A stretch of DNA of 63,721 bases, counting the filler, from Octopus bimaculoides (Eukaryota): NCBI RefSeq assembly GCF_001194135.2. It is 7 parts of 6 records of this genome, joined end to end, with 100 filler letters (N's around TTAATTAATTAA, not from the genome) between each part and the next. Parts side by side here need not be neighbours in the genome. Positions count along the whole stretch, not along the records: positions 60,207 to 63,721 come from NC_069002.1; 6 more parts are not named here. The stretch is one strand, 5' to 3'. Shown piece after piece: positions 61,563 to 63,721 of the stretch (its first letter is position 1; every line of letters begins with the position of its first letter). The notes below the pieces were generated by a model that was not told the origin of the DNA, made no database searches, and saw only the letters and a list, made by a program, of their open reading frames with translations. The translations under genes were made by a program, and so were the position numbers.

Positions 61563-62392
61563 TATTGGGTTAAGGAATAATTCATGAGCTTTTTTTCAAA
61601 TTTAAAAATGCACGCAGAAATAAAACGCTTTGGCAAAATGTTTTATGAGAATTTTTTTCTACAAGATAGTGTGTTTTGATATTTTAATTTTATTAATTTT
61701 CGTGTATTTCCAGATCATTAAAATGGAATGTCAATGTAAGCATTTTTGACACCATTTGCTTTTTGCATTTAATCTAGTTGTTAAGGTTGTCGAAGCTACT
61801 TGTGAGATTTGTGCTCTGTATGGAGAAGGAGCCATGCCTCAAAGTCCCGCCCGCCGTTGGTTTTCACGCTTCAAAAATGGGTATTTTAACTTCAATAACG
61901 GATCACACACCAGTCGGCAAATTGAGTTCGATGAAAAGCGATTGAATCAACTGCGTTACGAAAATCCACGTCGAACGACCAGAGACTTGGCAGGGCAGAC
62001 GGATTGTGATAAAAAAACAAACAAACTGGTGAACCACCTTTACACAATGGGCAAGGTTCAGAAACTCGCCAATATGACCAAAGACGCGATTCAAGAACTC
62101 GAATGGGAAGTGCTGCCTCATCCTCCATACTCTCCAAGAGTTGACGCCGTCAGATTTTCATCTCTTTCCACCGCTTTCAAACGCTTTGCGTAGTGCATCG
62201 TTAAAAATGACATGGAAGTGAAGGCTTGGCTGGATGAATTCTTTGAGCCAAAACCGGGAGATTTCTATCCCCAAGGCATCAAATATCTTACTGATCGATG
62301 AAAGGAAGTCCTAAACAACAATGGAGAGTATATTATTAATTAATGTGTTGTAGTTAATTAGTTTAAAAACTAAATTATCCCACAATCTAATA
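61563..62392 (+). mobile_element. Internally deleted mariner element with decayed TIRs
   Basis: ATCEICALYG..RRWFSRFKNG and NPRRTTRDLA (HTH) are joined directly to ELEWEVLPHPPYSP. The ends TATTGGGTTAAGGAATAATT and rc(AATTATCCCACAATCTAATA) match at 15 of 20 positions. Confidence 0.85.
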
Positions 62393-62479
62393 CATACAAA
62401 CCTTTCGTTTCAGTTAAATAGTAACTTTCCTGTATTTACTCTCGGATTTTCCTGTATTTACTCTCACGTTTTTCGGTTT

Positions 62480-62990
<511 letters not shown>

Positions 62991-63377
62991 TCACACAGAC
63001 ATAATAACGCATACACGAACCCTAAAGTTATGGATTTCGGCCATGTCATATATATTACATATTTCCTGTCACATAGATAAATCGCTGAGCGAATTTATAA
63101 AGTTGATAATGAGCGAGAAGTTTATATAATTGTTACCCACGGCTAGACAGGTGAAATGTAATATATGGGCTTTCATCTACTTTCTTTATAATTATGATTA
63201 TAATCTAATGGTTTAATTGGTTTCAAATTCTCTTATCTTGTTATCGAGAACTGTATTGTACTCTAGTTCCGACGGGGTTCTTCATTGAAGAAGTTTATAT
63301 CACATCTTCCTGTTTCTCATACAGTGTTTTCGTGTGTCAGGCTTTCTATAATCAAAATAGAAAGATAACACATGGAC

Positions 63378-63455
<78 letters not shown>

Positions 63456-63670
63456 ATATAGATTACTGTTCTATTATAGGTAGGATCAGCAGAAATGTAT
63501 CCCCTCTAGTGAAAGATAAATAACATTTAATACACACAGTATTTAGATAAGAGTTATTCATAGTTTCATGTAGTGGAAAGAAAATAATTCAGCAGATTTC
63601 TATTTCACAAAGCACAGTATATAAGTCTGCTGAATTATTGTGTTTCTACATCATGAATCTATTTGTAGCT

Positions 63671-63716
<46 letters not shown>

Positions 63717-63721
63717 TATAT

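Overview
This is a gappy, AT-rich eukaryotic (metazoan) scaffold window made almost entirely of microsatellites and decayed transposable elements. The SINE and microsatellite repertoire looks like Octopus or another coleoid cephalopod; that assignment is pattern recognition, not a search result. No intact protein-coding gene, tRNA, rRNA or CRISPR array is supported, and most entries in the ORF track are artefacts of simple repeats or N-runs. Recognisable elements are Tx1/L1-clade, R4/Dong-like (RLE) and RTE LINE remnants, Penelope-like remnants, several tRNA-headed SINE families, two mariner remnants and one Tc1 remnant, a hAT MITE, a palindromic fold-back element, and a Helitron remnant with an intact 3' hairpin plus CTAG. 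The most notable observations are: (1) a well-formed type I hammerhead ribozyme motif at 54254-54319, plus variant or decayed hammerhead-like motifs, some in Penelope-like inverted termini; (2) two apparent locally templated insertions at deletion junctions (262 bp inverted, 78 bp direct); (3) repeated tail-to-tail stacking of RLE-LINEs on (ATT)n tails; (4) a locally triplicated module carrying an RFX X-box; (5) a 36-bp GC-rich minisatellite with an open Cys-rich 12-aa repeat frame. Six 100-bp N44-TTAATTAATTAA-N44 blocks are artificial scaffold linkers. Coordinates of decayed elements are approximate, and identities were estimated by eye.
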